A DNA stretch of 62,292 bases from Ancylonema sp. (GCA_050230475.1 JBFLGF010000088.1:1-62292), one strand, 5' to 3'; positions 12,433 through 25,946 are shown, counted from the stretch's first letter. Program-made: numbers and translations. Notes: generated by a model not told the origin, from the letters alone.

Positions 12433-14326
12433 CGGTTAGCAATTGCGATGCTGGGGTGAGACTGGGGCCTGAGGCATTCAGTGGGGGGTTGCGGGTGGCC
12501 AGCAGAAGAGCTAGGAGTCATCCTCAGTGCACCGTCACTGCCCAGTGACACCTAGGATGTGCATCACACATCACACTGTTTGCACATGTTTGTACGTGCA
12601 AAGAATCCCTCCCAACTCCCGTGCCACTGAATTGTTGAAAGAGGGTAAATCGAGTTTTTGGTGCCCACCCCTCTGAACTGCTGGTTGCTGACCCAGTTCA
12701 AGGGGACCCAGTCGAAGGGGAGAAACCATTTTTTTAGCATTCACTGGTCTGAAGCACAGCTGGGAATAATGCCTGGATCGGTAGATCGCTAGATCGGTGC
12801 AGATGAATCGTCACTCCAAGAGCTCTGGGGAAGTGAGTGATGCCAGAGCACCACTTTAGTATGAAGCTTATCGCTCATCATGCTGTTGGCTGGTTATTGG
12901 GAGTGGTAGGACAACACGTGTACATACTTGCTACATAGCGCTCCAGTACTTGACTTGTACACTTGTACAGCAATCAGTTTTGCAGTGTTTAGGGTGTAGG
13001 AGTAGAAATAGTAGAAATAGTAGAAATTTGTATATTTCGCTTTCTTTGCAAAGGCATGAAAGTAAAGAGAGTTTGCATATGTGGCAAGATGTCTGTTGGT
13101 GCGAATAGTGTCTCTATGTGGATGTGATGGGCAGTTGCCATCGGGTTCCTCAACTTGCTGCTTCCTTGCGCATGGCTTTCTTGGACACAATTGCACGACA
13201 GACTCTCCGATACACTACATCCGATGCGGTGATACGTTATGATTTTTCAATTTTGCCCTGATTGCATCATATCGTATCGGTGTTCGAGACGATACGACAC
13301 AATTCACTCATGTCCCCTCCCGCGGAAAAAAAGTGTCCCAAAAAAAAAAAAATGGGGCATGAGGATTGTAAGTCAGTTGGCATAAACATTATTGTTTTTT
13401 ATAATGATAGTTTTCTAAGCATGTTAGCCCCATGTACACAAGTGTGGCAGGACTCGTGTGTCGCGTTCTTGTACAGTACGTCCATCAACACGAAACGTGC
13501 TTCGTGTAAAATCGAACTACCCAGATATAATGATCCGAAAATAATTCCCAGAAGTGCAGATGAGTTAATTTAACTAAATTCCTTTTGCTTTGTATCTTTT
13601 TATTTGGATCAAAATAATGATTCCGTTATAATGATTCCGTTTAGAGAAAAAATATAATTTACCAGAACCAAACAAGTTCCCACCTTGTCGCATTTACTGG
13701 ATCTTAGGATTATTGGCTGAAACGAGTTCGAAGAATTTCATTTTTTGTTCCGCAGGATGATTATCTTTTCGTGGTACCGTATGGGGCAAAGACGCTAATA
13801 AACTATATCATATCGGAAAGGTATCGGATATAATACGCATACAAACTATTGTTTAGGAGAGTGTGTGCCACATGTAAGTACACAAGAAAGTTTATTGCCG
13901 GTGCGATAATCTCTTGTCATCAGCTACGTCATTCTATTTCCATGTCTATTCGTGCTTATGCAGAAAATGAGGAGACGCCAAGTGTGTATGTGTTTGTTGT
14001 ACAAATATGATCAGCATAAGGAATTGCCCGAGTACGAGTCATGCTGTGGCTTGGCACCACGCGATTGGTAACGAGTAATTGAGACCAACCACAGCTTAGG
14101 CACCAAAATTCCAAAAACCATTCGTGTATTTCGCATCGTGAAGACAACAACATCCTGACTGTACAATGTACAATACTGCTCAGAGTGGTACATTAAACAC
14201 TATTCCTGGTCTTTTGAATGACATACAATTCAATGCGACATTTAACATTGAAGTGAAGTCATATCACGTGAGCAAAACCCAAGAGAAAAATGGTTTTGTT
14301 GTGGTGACAACGAAGCATGCCCTCCA

Positions 14327-16557
14327 TCATGTCGGTGGTCCGGCAGCGATCTGCCAGTAGTCAGACATCTGCCTCTTCCTCTCCTTATTGGCTTCTTTGG
14401 TCCTCACATTCCAATACTGTCGGTCCCTGCAACCACACGTGACTTGGCATATTGTTATTATTTATCGAGGAAGCTTGGAAGTGATAAACAGACTTGTTCA
14501 AACAACAGCGACAAACCCGGTCCACAATCTCTTGTGTTGAGGAGCCAGAAATCCGAACAGGGTACTGGTGCACAGCCAGTCGGTGACATGCCCAAAGAGT
14601 GTGCAAAAGTGAGAGCCCAAGGTGACATACCCCTTCTTCAACATCACCGCCACTTCTCTCAGCTCCATGGCAGCACGGTACACTCCGGCCTGGCGGCACA
14701 CGGGGCACCTCTTTGTTCTGGAAGCGTGCCGCAGACCAAAGGTGGACGGTATGCTGGCTGCCTCGCAGGCACACAGCTGGCAGAAAACGTGTCCACACGA
14801 CAAAGCCACTGGCTTGAAGAACTTATCCTGGATCCACACCACAGAGGCACACCATGAGAACATGTCGACATTCTGGCAACGCCTCAGCAGGCCTGCAAGC
14901 TCAGAGGAAGGCAGACCAATGGGTAGCACTTGCATTCACACGCGATTCGTTCGCCAACCCGACCATGTGCTGGAATGGTTACCAAGCAGATTGGGCATGA
15001 GGCATCCAAATGCATGCGGAGACCGCAAACATGCGTCTCCTCTTCTCCAGGTCTGCTCTCTCCGGTTGACCACTCATCCAACACCCGTCTTGGTAACGCT
15101 TCCTCTTCACCCGAAGTGCCATCCTCGCAGAATCCCTCTGCCTCTTCGTACTCTCTGTCGCAGCAGGATGGAGGGTGCTCTGTGGGAGGGCTGGTTGAAG
15201 CAGGCAAAGCTTTGATTGTGGAGGCGAGCAGGTGGGTGTAGGAAGACGTGTGCGGTTTCATGGTGTCACCCACATTCACCTCCATGGCAGAAATCTCAAG
15301 AAGGTGAGGGGAGAGGACCAGTTGGCGATTCAGGCGAAACAAGTCCAGTCCTGGCTCTCTCTCCGGGGAGTATCCATGCACCTGCAACACAAGATATCGA
15401 CTCTGAGGTGCGCACACACACAGCTATAGAGTGGGGAAGCACTGCCTAACTGGCTCTCCCCACTCGAAGCATACGAAGACTCTGTCATGAAACACACCTT
15501 CTTGAATTTCTTCAAGATCTTCAGAAAGGCCAGATGGTTGATGGCTGCGAATTCCAACAGCTTCATGCAACTCTCTGCCGTGTCTCTGCCGTTTCTGCAG
15601 GACAAACTAAAAGTCACTCGCGAAACAGGTCGAGAAGTGATTTCAACCGTCATACATACATATACATACATCACCATCTTTTTCCCTGCACCAAAAAGGT
15701 TTGAATCTTTGTACTACATTTCAGATTCCACCTGCTGCTGAAAGCTTAAAATGACGAGGAGAAACGTACTTGACAGATTTGAATATTGAAAGGATCCTCG
15801 GAATGCTGACTCGTTTGTTCAAGAGTGAATGGGCCCAAACTTCAAAATCGCTTAAGACTGCCCTCATATTTGCAATAAGCTCCTCGAAAAACAGATCCTC
15901 ACAGTCTGCGAGCAAGGCTCAATGAATGGAACACTCAATGTTCAATGTTGTTCACCTGAACAACAGGCACGTATCTCGACAGCATTTTGTTGCAATAGAT
16001 GATAGGAACATGCACTGAGAGGATTTTAAAAAAAAAACCCTGTGCCTTCCTGTCTGCAAGAATGACTTCATGAATACCTACTTGAGCACTTGTGGCTTCC
16101 AGCGATTTGTGGGGGGCAAGGAGGCTGCTGCTGCACTGAAGTGGACCTTCCGCACTTTTTCAGAATTTTCTTGAGCGGCTTGAATGCTACGTGCGGGCCT
16201 GCAAGATGATGCAAACCCGGTGATGAAATAGCACAAGCAAAAGCGTTCAATGGCAGCACAAGTCAGGATTTAGCTTACTCCATCCTACGTAAACCACACG
16301 AGATAGGCAACGGTGCAAGGAACTTGGTGTATCTTCACGCCTTTCATTGACTCATGCTCTCACCGACACCACTTTAACAAACCATTTCTACATCAATCCA
16401 TTAAAACAGTTTGCAGAGATTTGATCGCGGAGAGGTAAGACGATTCCCCATCGAATTAGGGAATCATTGGGCCTAGACTTGGTGACATCAGCAGGGGCTT
16501 ACTGTTCTCCAACCCTGACTCAGCCAGATAGCGATGATACTCCTTTCCAAACTTCAT
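14327..16557 (-). CDS. BAH1: SPX-RING E3 ubiquitin ligase (NLA/BAH1 family)
   Basis: Exons encode MKFGKEY, FKPLKKILKKC, FAAINHLAFLKILKKFKK (SPX) and CPICL / PVALSCGHVFCQLC / CPVCRQAGVY (RING). The last exon reads DRQYWNVRTKE...PPT*. Confidence 0.9.
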
Positions 16558-16779
16558 CCTCGCCGCCTTCACTGAAAGAATATGTTTGTACGTGAGACCT
16601 TCAACATCGACTTGAAGACAGTTGCCTGTCGTAAAGCATCTCCTGCTCAACAATGATAACATGCGCTACCAGTATGACTCTTCATCAGCCGGCTTCATCA
16701 GTGTAAGAGGTTATTGGCCGACCGCGCTGTCTTGTGCGATGAGTTGTACAGCCGCCCTGATGATTGGGTCGGTTCTACA

Positions 16780-17240
16780 TCTCCACGCTGGAAGAATTGT
16801 CGACGTGGCAGCAAATTTCAACTCCACTTCACTTCTGTCATTTATCGGTTCCGGGGGGCGCGGAGGGGCGCATCGTGTTTCGGCTGGCAACATCGCAATA
16901 TTAATATATATGGGGTGTCGTTGTCGTTGTGGACCCTTCCTGTCTCGACTAGGTGGACTTGGTGGATGTGCCCGCTGGACAAAACGCAACGGATGCGGAG
17001 CTGAGGAAGTAATCCCGCTGCAATTTGCGAGTACGTTGCATCTGATAGGTCCGATCGTATTTTGATCGGTTGCGCAACGTTAGCCTTGAATGTGTGTAGA
17101 GGACCGGGGCGTACTATCAACTTGTTGTCATCTTTCCGGCAAAGAGTGTCCGTCGCAATTCAACGGTTATTAATACACGCATACATGCCAATACTTTACT
17201 TTGCCTCCCCCCCCACCGCGGACCTCCTTTCATCCGCATC
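16780..17240 (+). mobile_element. Degenerate 3' part of a CRE/SLACS-like non-LTR retroelement (restriction-like endonuclease region)
   Basis: Frameshifted VVVVDP...DAELRK and CATLAL...FRQRVSVAIQR. It is similar in DNA sequence to the copies at 32100-32385 and 32880-33190. Confidence 0.65.
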
Positions 17241-18384
17241 GTAGCTACTTTAGTTACGTGTTCTTGTAGAAGCTGCGGATCGTTATGCCTTTCATACACT
17301 CGATGTATAGTATGGGCATGATTGCGTGAGGTAGCAAAATGCAGTTGCATTTGTCATAAGCGTGCACAATACTTGGACGAGAAGTATTCGTGCGATTGCT
17401 AGACGACAAGTTAGTGTGCCGACAGACTTGGCCGTAGCTGTATCGCAGAAACTTACATGACCTCTCCATAACACTCCGACCCCGGCGGTGTTTAGCGCTG
17501 TCCTTGCATTCGCTTTGCATTATTATCACGTTGTCTGCATCCCGGCTTGTACTTGCAATTCATTTCTTACCGCGACAATAACGAGTCGTAGATCGACTAA
17601 TATATCGGTCGATAGAGCTTATGATAGATCTCAAAGCATTCGTATACTTGACAGTTTCGAGCACTTCCGCTCAGATTCCAAGCGATATCTTGCCTTGGGT
17701 GAATCTAGTCCAAATAATTTTGCACATGGTGTAGAAGAAATGTACGAGTTGTGCTCTAGCACTCGCTAGTGTGGATGATGGAGAGAGATGCATTTCGTCA
17801 AGCACATGGCATGGGTATGCTTGCGTAAAGTGCACTAGTCCACGCGACTTACCAAGTCTGAGGTGGCATTTGTTATTAGGTGTAGTCACACGTGTGGGAG
17901 TAGACGATGCTAGATGGCTGACATCTTACACACTTGAAATACACGAGCTTATGCACTGACAACATTTACGACACGAATACACGTGATCTCAAAATTACTA
18001 AAAGTCTAATTAAGTCAATTAGACTCACGAAGTCTAAAACTCAGACTCTAATACATTATAGATTGCACATTTCCGTTGCAATGCGTCTAGCGTGTACGTG
18101 GCCAAGATCCTAGGCTGGGTCCACAATATTGTTGACCACAAAACTTGCAATGCAATGCATACTTGCTAAGAACGCTACTGTCCCAGCCAATCAGTTAGAG
18201 ACATTTGACTGCAGTATAATGCGTCCACTCAATGAACCGCAAACTCAGTACGACCAACCAATTCAGACATGCTATGTGTCACTTGTGTCAGATACCAATG
18301 CTCGGACACAATGGCGTGCGCCCACCGCAACTCGCCGCAAATCAGTCTCTGCAAACGATTGACACATTACATATTTGGTGTGAC

Positions 18385-19000
18385 ACCCCCTCATAATGAA
18401 TGACTTAACCGGTACTCCCACTAAATCACTCAAGCGCCGAAACGCCGAAATACCCGCTTCAATCAAATCCTGTTAACTACTTAACGGGGCGAATTTCATT
18501 TTTCCCCTACATTCACCCTCTCAAACTTCTGACTAAGTAATCTATCCACTATTTTGACTCATTATCCAAAGTATCATACTTGTCCCCCTCTCAAGCTGGA
18601 AACATTGGTCGTTACTCGGTCCATCCATCGCTAGAAGTAGGCTGACGTGTTCTTGGGTCCGAAGGACAACACTGGCCACTTGAATTGGTCACACTCCACT
18701 TGCCCGAGCTTGTGCGGCGGACAAAAGATCGGCTTGTTCGAGTCGAGGTCGATCCTCATCGGCTCGCCAAGAAATGGCTCGAAATCTTCAAGGGAGAAGG
18801 CAAAACCGTCAAAAATCTGATATAGCATTGCCAACACCCTAAGTTGGTCTTGCTCTTGCAGGCTAGCACCCAATTTAAATTTTGGACCCCCCCCCTATTC
18901 ACGTTGAGGAAGACCACGTGCACTCCCCCCCTCGCCCTTAGCTCCTAGGGCACTAGGTGGCTCAATTGCAGCGTCCGCTACCAGCAATGTTGAGATGCCC
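18385..19000 (-). mobile_element. Ty3/gypsy LTR retrotransposon remnant
   Basis: ORF 18631-18873 (FAFSLEDFEPFLGEPMRIDLDSNKPIFCPPHKLGQVE) resembles the pre-RT region of Ty3 pol. A PPT-like GAGGGGG directly followed by TGTCACA on the minus strand at about 18392-18379 suggests a 3' LTR start. Confidence 0.6.
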
Positions 19001-19234
19001 TTGTAAGCAGCGGCACATGTAGTGTTAGGACCATTCCCCATAGTCATGTTGCAGCATACACTTCACAATATTTAGAGTATCTCATACAGAATGATGCATT
19101 TTGAGGGTATACTCACAATACTCTCAATATTTATTTAAGAGGGATTCTACCGCATGAGGTCTCTGAATAATCAACGGGTCTTACGCATGATAGAACGGAA
19201 CCGAGCCGGACGCGGTTCCGTATCGTTTCCATAC

Positions 19235-19770
19235 CAGGGTGCCGAACCGAAAAACCGAGAAACTGAAAATTATAAAAAATCTTCCAAAAACAAGAGACCA
19301 GAAGAAGAACCAAGGGCCAGGAACAAGAAACCAGGTGTTGTTCAAGAAGAAAGAACAGGTGTTCTTCTTCTTTGTTCGAGAAAAGAAGGTTTGTTTCAAG
19401 AACCAAAAGAAACCAGGAACCAGGAACCACGTTGTTAGTTGTTGGTTGTGCCGTTGTGCCTTTGTGCCGTTGTTAGTTGTTGAACAAAGAAGAAGAACAG
19501 AACTGAAGAAGAGCGGTTCTTGAAACAAGCAGTTCTTCAAGCGGTTCTTCAGAAACGAACCATTGTTTTCTTGAAACAAGCATTGTGTTTCTTCTTTTCT
19601 TTGAAAAAAAACATTGTTAGTTGTTAGTTCTTAGTTTCTTAAACAATGCCGTTGTTACTTGTTCAATAGAAGCTTGTGTTTTTAATTAAAAGAAGGGCTG
19701 CCGCTCGCTGCTTGTTTCAAGAACCGCTCTTCTTTTCTTCGGCTTGTTTCAAGAACCGCTCAAAGAAATG
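19235..19770. repeat. AAGAAC-rich foldback/MITE-like repeat with internal inverted repeats
   Basis: 27-bp perfect inverted repeat 19506-19532 / 19708-19734, a further partial copy at 19742-19761, and many AAGAAC/GTTCTT subrepeats. Confidence 0.6.
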
Positions 19771-19853
19771 GTGCTGTTGATCGAGTGTCTCTGCGAATTC
19801 TATTAAAAAATAGATGTTCGTTAGTGCGGTGACATATATCGGTGCATAATAGG

Positions 19854-20018
<165 letters not shown>

Positions 20019-20309
20019 ATTGAAAAACGACGGGTTATTATGAAATGGTGCGGAATAGTTCCGCACGTTCGGAATGATGCAAGGGGTGGAGTGCTGCCGA
20101 AAGAGTGGAGGTGCACGAAAGAGCAGGGGAGAAATCTTTTTTTCTTTAGGATGAAAGGAATGAATGGGGGCAAGACTTGTGACTTGAATAAAATGTTCGA
20201 CCGTTCTGCAGATGCACTGCATTTTTTTTTAATGAAGTTGTGTGTCTTGAGTCTCACCTGAAGCTGGATTAGAATTTGGCTGAGCGCCGGACGCAGCAGA
20301 ATCTGAAAT

Positions 20310-22929
20310 ATGCTCTTCCAACTCGGAGACGAAGGGAGCCGTCCTACGTTCTTTGAGATGGACGCAGCGGAAAAGCTGCAGCACGGCCTCAAGGCAGCCT
20401 TGCTCTACTCGCTTGGGGTAACCTGCGATGTGCTTTGTGCTACACAATCTGGAAAGCGCCCCCGGCTCGGATCATTACACATGTCTAGAGTCAATCATTC
20501 ATGGACCAAATATATTAAATTGAATGTTATTGTCCTTGTACTTCAAAATTTAGATGAGCGAACAAGAGCGGGGAAGGTTGGTTGATTTATAAAATCATTG
20601 GAAGGTGCTAGATGATCCCCAGCTGGCCGCCTTCTATTACGACAGGCTTGTCTGACAGCCTTTTATAATTTTATTGTCTGCGCTCAACGAAATCTGTATC
20701 CAAGAAATGATTCGCATCATCCTGAGAATAAGCTCGTAAGCAGCTGTTGAATTAGGCCCCGACATTGTGGATGCAGCTGGCCACATACCACCATGGAGTG
20801 AGTATGGACCCCGACCAGTGTTCCATCCTTCTCTCCTGCTGCAGATATTTGCTCAGCGATGGTCTCCCCTCCACCGCGTGTTGGACCACAGCGATGAGGT
20901 GGCAGGCTTGCTTCTGCTGCTGCTGGAAGGCCACAGTCTAAGGAGCTTAGGTATGGGATCCACTGGATGGGCTGGGCCAGCAGTCCGCCCCCATGAAGCA
21001 TCACTGCCTTCGCCCCGGTTGCAGATGCTTCTTTTGGTGAAGGTCTTTATGGGCTTCGAAGGGCTCCTGCCGATGTGGCTGCATCAGAACCGATGCTCAA
21101 TAGCAGAGACGATGATGCGCCACCCTCCCCAAAGGGCCTCACTAGACGCCAGAAAGTGCTCTCTCTCCTCTTTTTGGTACGCATCAGTGTCACGCCCTCC
21201 CTCCACAATGACCACTCCCCTGTCATCCACCATCATCTGTGTTTCTCTGGGATGGTGGCAGGTCGGAGTCCCTTACCTGAAATCAAAGCTTCACTCACTC
21301 TACTCTGCTCACCGAGCCTCGGGACTGAGAGACTCTCTATGGGCAAGCGGAGGAGACATGGGGGAGAGGGAAGGGGAAGAGGAGGGAGAGTTTCTGATGC
21401 GACTAGAGGATAGCACAGGGGCTCGTGACACTGCTGGCACTGGGGGGATGGTGAGAAGATTCCAGGAAAGAGGGGAGGCTGCGCTTGTCGGGCTCTACCC
21501 TTGGATTCATGCCTTGTATGAAGGTGGGGGGCAGGGCATCGAGGATGCCGGGCGGTTTTGCTTCTTAGTTCTCTAGGAGACTGTAGGGGAGTGAGAGCGT
21601 GGTAGCAAGCAAGGTTGGGGGTTCGATTCGTATTCCTCCAGTCCTGCCAGCCTGAGGTGGGATTTATGTGTCTCTTGTGGGGGCTGGGGTTCAGGATCCA
21701 CATTTGCCTGGCAGCTGCTGTACCTGCTGGATGCCACCCACTTCTACTCCCCCGCCCTGCAGGCCATGGGGCTGGCCGTCAGGAGAAGCTCGGGACAAGA
21801 ACTGGTACGCAGCAAGGCATGATGTGGGGAGGCATTGAGTGCTGAATGGGGGATGGGGGGATGGGGGGATGGGGGGATGGGGGGATGATGAGCAGATGGA
21901 GACGTCCAAACGGGTGGAGGAGCGGAGGAGGCGAGAATTCTCCCGCTTGCCAGGGCCGCCAGCTCTGCAGGTGAAGGAGCATAGGTGGAAAAGTTGAGTT
22001 CCCAGCTGCTGATCCTCCTGATCGTGCTGATTGGGTATCTGGCCAGGTGGCGCAACGAGGGTTGCTCACCGGCGCTTATGCAGTGCTGGACTACGCGCAA
22101 ACGGGACTGGTGGCCTCCATCTTTCTCTTTAAGGTCCGTTTTAGGGACAGTTGGTTCTGCCGACATGGCACCTTCTCAGGTCTTTTAGTGAGTCCGCAGA
22201 AGTTGTGGCTAACATGCGGCTCTCACCCACCTCACGCAGAATTCAGCATCGGTTCATTGCTATGCAGAGGTGGCAGAAATGATGTGAAATATCTTCCTGA
22301 ACCCTTCTATGCCTCGAGTCCTCGAGTCAACCGCAAGTTTGGTGTGTGTGTCCAGATGCTCGAGTGGTGGTACCAATCCGGGGAGCAGAAGATAAGCGCC
22401 CCCTCAGTGTACCCCCCGCCCCCCCCCCCACCGCCGCCAAAGGTATGCGCTGCTGCCTTATGGCTTGTGCCAACAGCGTGGCCACCTGAACTACATGCCG
22501 AACCAAAGTGTGCCTGTATTGAAACGACGACCTCCTCAACTCCTTCTTGGCTCGCCAGGTGTCAAAAGGCGGGCTATCGTTGCCCAGCAATCGAAAAGTT
22601 TGCCCCCTCTGCTTGCGAGAGAGAACCAATCCGGCTATGGCAGCTGCCTCTGGGTTTGTGTTCTGCTACCCGTGCATCTTCACCTACATTCAGAAGGTGG
22701 GTTGGGGACTAAGAGTCTCTAAAAGGCTTTACTCACATTCCCTGCCTCATGAAACGAGGTTGGGGTGTGGGTGGTAAGGCATAAGAAGGCAGTGAGTGTG
22801 GATAGCAATTTGGAACAGGAACTGATGTCCTGTTTTGTTTGCTCTCCATTGGTGCAGTATGGACGATGTCCAATTACACTCATCCCTACAAGTGTGGATC
22901 ACATCCGAAGGTTGTACCATAATGCATAG
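20310..22929 (+). CDS. PEX12: Peroxin 12 (peroxisomal RING protein)
   Basis: MLFQLGDEGSRPTFFEM, DASFGEGLYGLRR, VPYLKSKL, MLEWWY, PPPPP, then RING CPLC...SGFVFCYPCIFTYIQK-YGRCPIT...IRRLY. Confidence 0.95.
21848..21886 (+). repeat. (G5-6AT)n intronic repeat, G-quadruplex-competent
   Basis: Five G5-6 tracts separated by AT in a PEX12 intron. Confidence 0.8.
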
Positions 22930-23835
22930 ACTATACGCAACACTCGCATAGAGAGAATAGTGCATGCCTAGCATGAATGTACAGTGGTACCTCAAGTACA
23001 ATTTGCTGATTGGCTGAATGTCAAGGTGTGAGATAGGTCTGCAAGCGTATCGATACATTTCCCATAATCCTTTCGGCGGACGAGTGTATATATAGAATGG
23101 AGAAGTCGATTGTAGAATGTGGGATGTAGTGTGTAGGGAACATAATATAGAATGTAATTTTATTTACAGCTGCGAGTCGCTATTCAAGGTGCACTTCGTG
23201 AGATTCCCAAGTGGTGTGCAATTTGAGCAAGAGAAGAAGGGAAGCAAGATTATGAATGGAGTCAAAGCTTTTGTTACCAATGTCAATTCACAAGTGTTTA
23301 CAAGTGTATCACTCAATTGCTGTGGGCATGTTGGCAATTTACGGCGAGGGTGTCTAGGGCAAATTGTGCGACTAAGGTAGCATAGAGGCATGTACTCCTT
23401 GTCGATGCGAGTAAGTTGTGCGAAGGATTGCAAAATCTCTTTTAAGATGAAAGTGGTACATAAATCGTTTGAAAACACCTAGGAAGGGGGCCACCGTTGT
23501 TGCCATGCAGATTTCATGCTACGAAGTATGTGCCAACTGTGGGCAACAAAATTTCCAAACAACTTCTTTCTTCTATTAGCGGAGTGTTAGTATGCGAATG
23601 CAACCGAAATCTAGTCGTTTGCTCCAGCACTCCCAAAAATGGAACAATATGCATGTAAGTACATAAAATTAGATGAGTCTGTCAAAGAGTGAAACAAGAT
23701 TTCTTGACACTTTACCATTGAAAAGTGCCATAAGACCTAAAGTTTGGGCGCAGTTCAGAGTTTTAGGGTCGAGGGGCCTCTCCCTGGTCCATCACCACGG
23801 GCAGCTGACCACTCTTGTGTCTGCTTACACCCCCC

Positions 23836-25353
23836 CTACTCGAACATGAACCCCCGCGTCACGCGGTCCATGGCATCCCGAGTCGCGCTGAAGAGTCGGC
23901 GCCAGAATGCCTTGGCTGGCAGACTGGCATCGGCGACTGCCTTGGCAAGCACCTCCCTGACTTCCCAAAGGGGGCGGCATGGACCCCCTGGCATGGGGGA
24001 GGGGGGAGGGGGAAGGGCGGGCAGAAGGGAGGGAGGGAGGGATGGGAGGGATGGGAGGGATGGGAACGGGGGGGGGATTGGAGAGTGGCAAGAGAGTGGC
24101 ACAGGAGAAGGCGGGAGTGAGGAGGAGGCGGAAGAGGGGGCATACGGTCCAGGAAGGGGGCAGTGGAGGGATGAGGAAGAGGAAGGGCAAGATGGGGCAT
24201 ATGGGTCGTGAGGAGAGAGGGGGAGGGGGAGGTCGAGCAGGGGTAAGAAGTTGTCGGGGGACGACGTGGAGGAGGGGGGAGAGGGGGCGAAGGGGTCATA
24301 ACAAGCGCAGATGGGTGGTAAAGAGGTAGCGACGCAGGGGCGCAAGAGGGGGGGAAGGGCAGGACAAGAGGAAGCATACGTGTTTGGAAGAGAGATGGAG
24401 GGGAAAGGAGGGGGGTAACGGAGGGAAGAGGGGGAGGAAGGAGAAGAGGGGGCAGAGAGGGCTGAAGACTCATGGGTAGAAATGGGGACAGGGAGGTCGG
24501 GTGAAGGAAGGGGCAAGTGAAAGGAAGAGGAGGTGGCAAGGGAAGAGGAGGCGGAGGCACAGGGGTCAAGCAGAGAGTGAGTGTGGGAGATGTCAGCTAA
24601 AGGATGGGGGGCATGCAGTAAAGAGCATGAAGAAGGGGATGAGGAGGCGGAGGGGTCGATCGGCGAGCACGAGGGAGGGCTGTCAAGTAAAGGAAGGGGG
24701 CCGTGCGGTGAAGAGGAGGTGGCGGGGGAAGAGGGGGCACAGATGTCATGTAGAGGGCGGGAGAGAGGGAGGTCGGCCGAAGGAAGGGGGCAGTGGAGGG
24801 AAGAGGAGGAAGGAGAAGAGGGGGCAGAGGGGTGAAGCACAGTGCGGGAAAGACGGAGGTCGGCTGCCCTCTCCCGCTCCACATCCTTTTGGATGGCCCT
24901 CGCAAAAATATCTGCCAAGGCTTGGTGAGGGAACCCTGAACCGATCGGGGGCCCCCATCCTGTCCAAGGGCCGACGCACTCGTCCCCCTCCTCCTCCTCC
25001 TCCTCCCTCCCCTTCCCATCTCCACTCGGGCAGTCACGCCCCACCCTCACATCTTTGATACGGATGTTTTTAAATACCTTCACCAAAAATACCTGTGCCT
25101 CCTCCTTGATGGCCGCAGTGATCACGCCGCTTCCAGCCTCCCTCACGGCCGGAGTCGTGACGCCGCTTCCGGCCTCGCCTCGTACGACTTGGCTCACTTC
25201 TGCAGCCTTCTTACCTTTGCGGGGCAACCACACCTGCGAGGGCCCGTGACGGTCAGCGGCAGCAGCAGCATTCGCTGTCGCCCGCCGCGACCGAATTACG
25301 TGCCTCAAATCATTCTCTGCAAGGATTGACGTTGTTAGACAAAAGCGAGGCAT
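23836..25353 (-). CDS. Unknown protein with a central Pro/Ser-rich approximately 30-aa tandem repeat
   Basis: About 500-codon uninterrupted ORF with non-repetitive N- and C-terminal segments; no family recognised. Confidence 0.55.
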   Translation of the reverse strand: MPRFCLTTSILAENDLRHVIRSRRATANAAAAADRHGPSQVWLPRKGKKAAEVSQVVRGEAGSGVTTPAVREAGSGVITAAIKEEAQVFLVKVFKNIRIKDVRVGRDCPSGDGKGREEEEEEGDECVGPWTGWGPPIGSGFPHQALADIFARAIQKDVERERAADLRLSRTVLHPSAPSSPSSSSLHCPLPSADLPLSRPLHDICAPSSPATSSSPHGPLPLLDSPPSCSPIDPSASSSPSSCSLLHAPHPLADISHTHSLLDPCASASSSLATSSSFHLPLPSPDLPVPISTHESSALSAPSSPSSPSSLRYPPPFPSISLPNTYASSCPALPPLLRPCVATSLPPICACYDPFAPSPPSSTSSPDNFLPLLDLPLPLSPHDPYAPSCPSSSSSLHCPLPGPYAPSSASSSLPPSPVPLSCHSPIPPPFPSLPSLPSLPPSLLPALPPPPSPMPGGPCRPLWEVREVLAKAVADASLPAKAFWRRLFSATRDAMDRVTRGFMFE

Positions 25354-25739
25354 CGTGATGATATTTAAATCAACAGCCAATGCAGAAATGCAGCAGAACG
25401 CAACAGAATCAAAACGCAGCAGACAGCGGAAAGAGCAGATGACCAGTCCGAATGCGAGTGTTACAGGTGTTACAGGTGGCCCGAGTCCGTCTGGTATGTA
25501 TGTATGTCGCGAGGGCGTGCGATGGGCGAGTCCGAGCCAGTAGATATGCTATTATTATTATTATTGTCGGATCCGGCTGGAGCTCTTTCGTTTCGAGCGT
25601 CCCACGGCCACGATTTGTTTTCGGATTTTCGACGCATCGCACGCTGAAATCGCACGCTCACACATGTCCCACGTTTCACAACCATTGAAAGCGCGTGGAA
25701 AGTGCGTTGTGTCGCTCCATATATCATCTTCTGCATTTA

Positions 25740-25875
25740 CAGTAAATACTCGTTACGGGCACACTCTTGGGACACCGAAAACGTGTGCCCGTAACGCGGT
25801 TGTATCTGAAACGCGTCAATCGCGTTACGGGCACATTTGCCAAGGGCCCTGGGGCAGATGTGCCTGTAACGAGGG
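25740..25875. mobile_element. pogo/Tc1-mariner-like MITE left end
   Basis: TA followed by CAGTAAATACTCGTTA, then two hairpins built from CGTTACGGGCAC / GTGCCYGTAACG. Confidence 0.55.
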
Positions 25876-25946
25876 AATCTCAAAATTTTGCTCTCAGAGG
25901 TCGTGAACTTCGTCTACCATGTCACTGAAAAAAAATCACCATGAAA

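Noticed and set aside
11920..12551. Possible extra gene downstream of the SOP1-like CDS
   Set aside because: Splice-like signals exist, but no coherent protein could be assembled.
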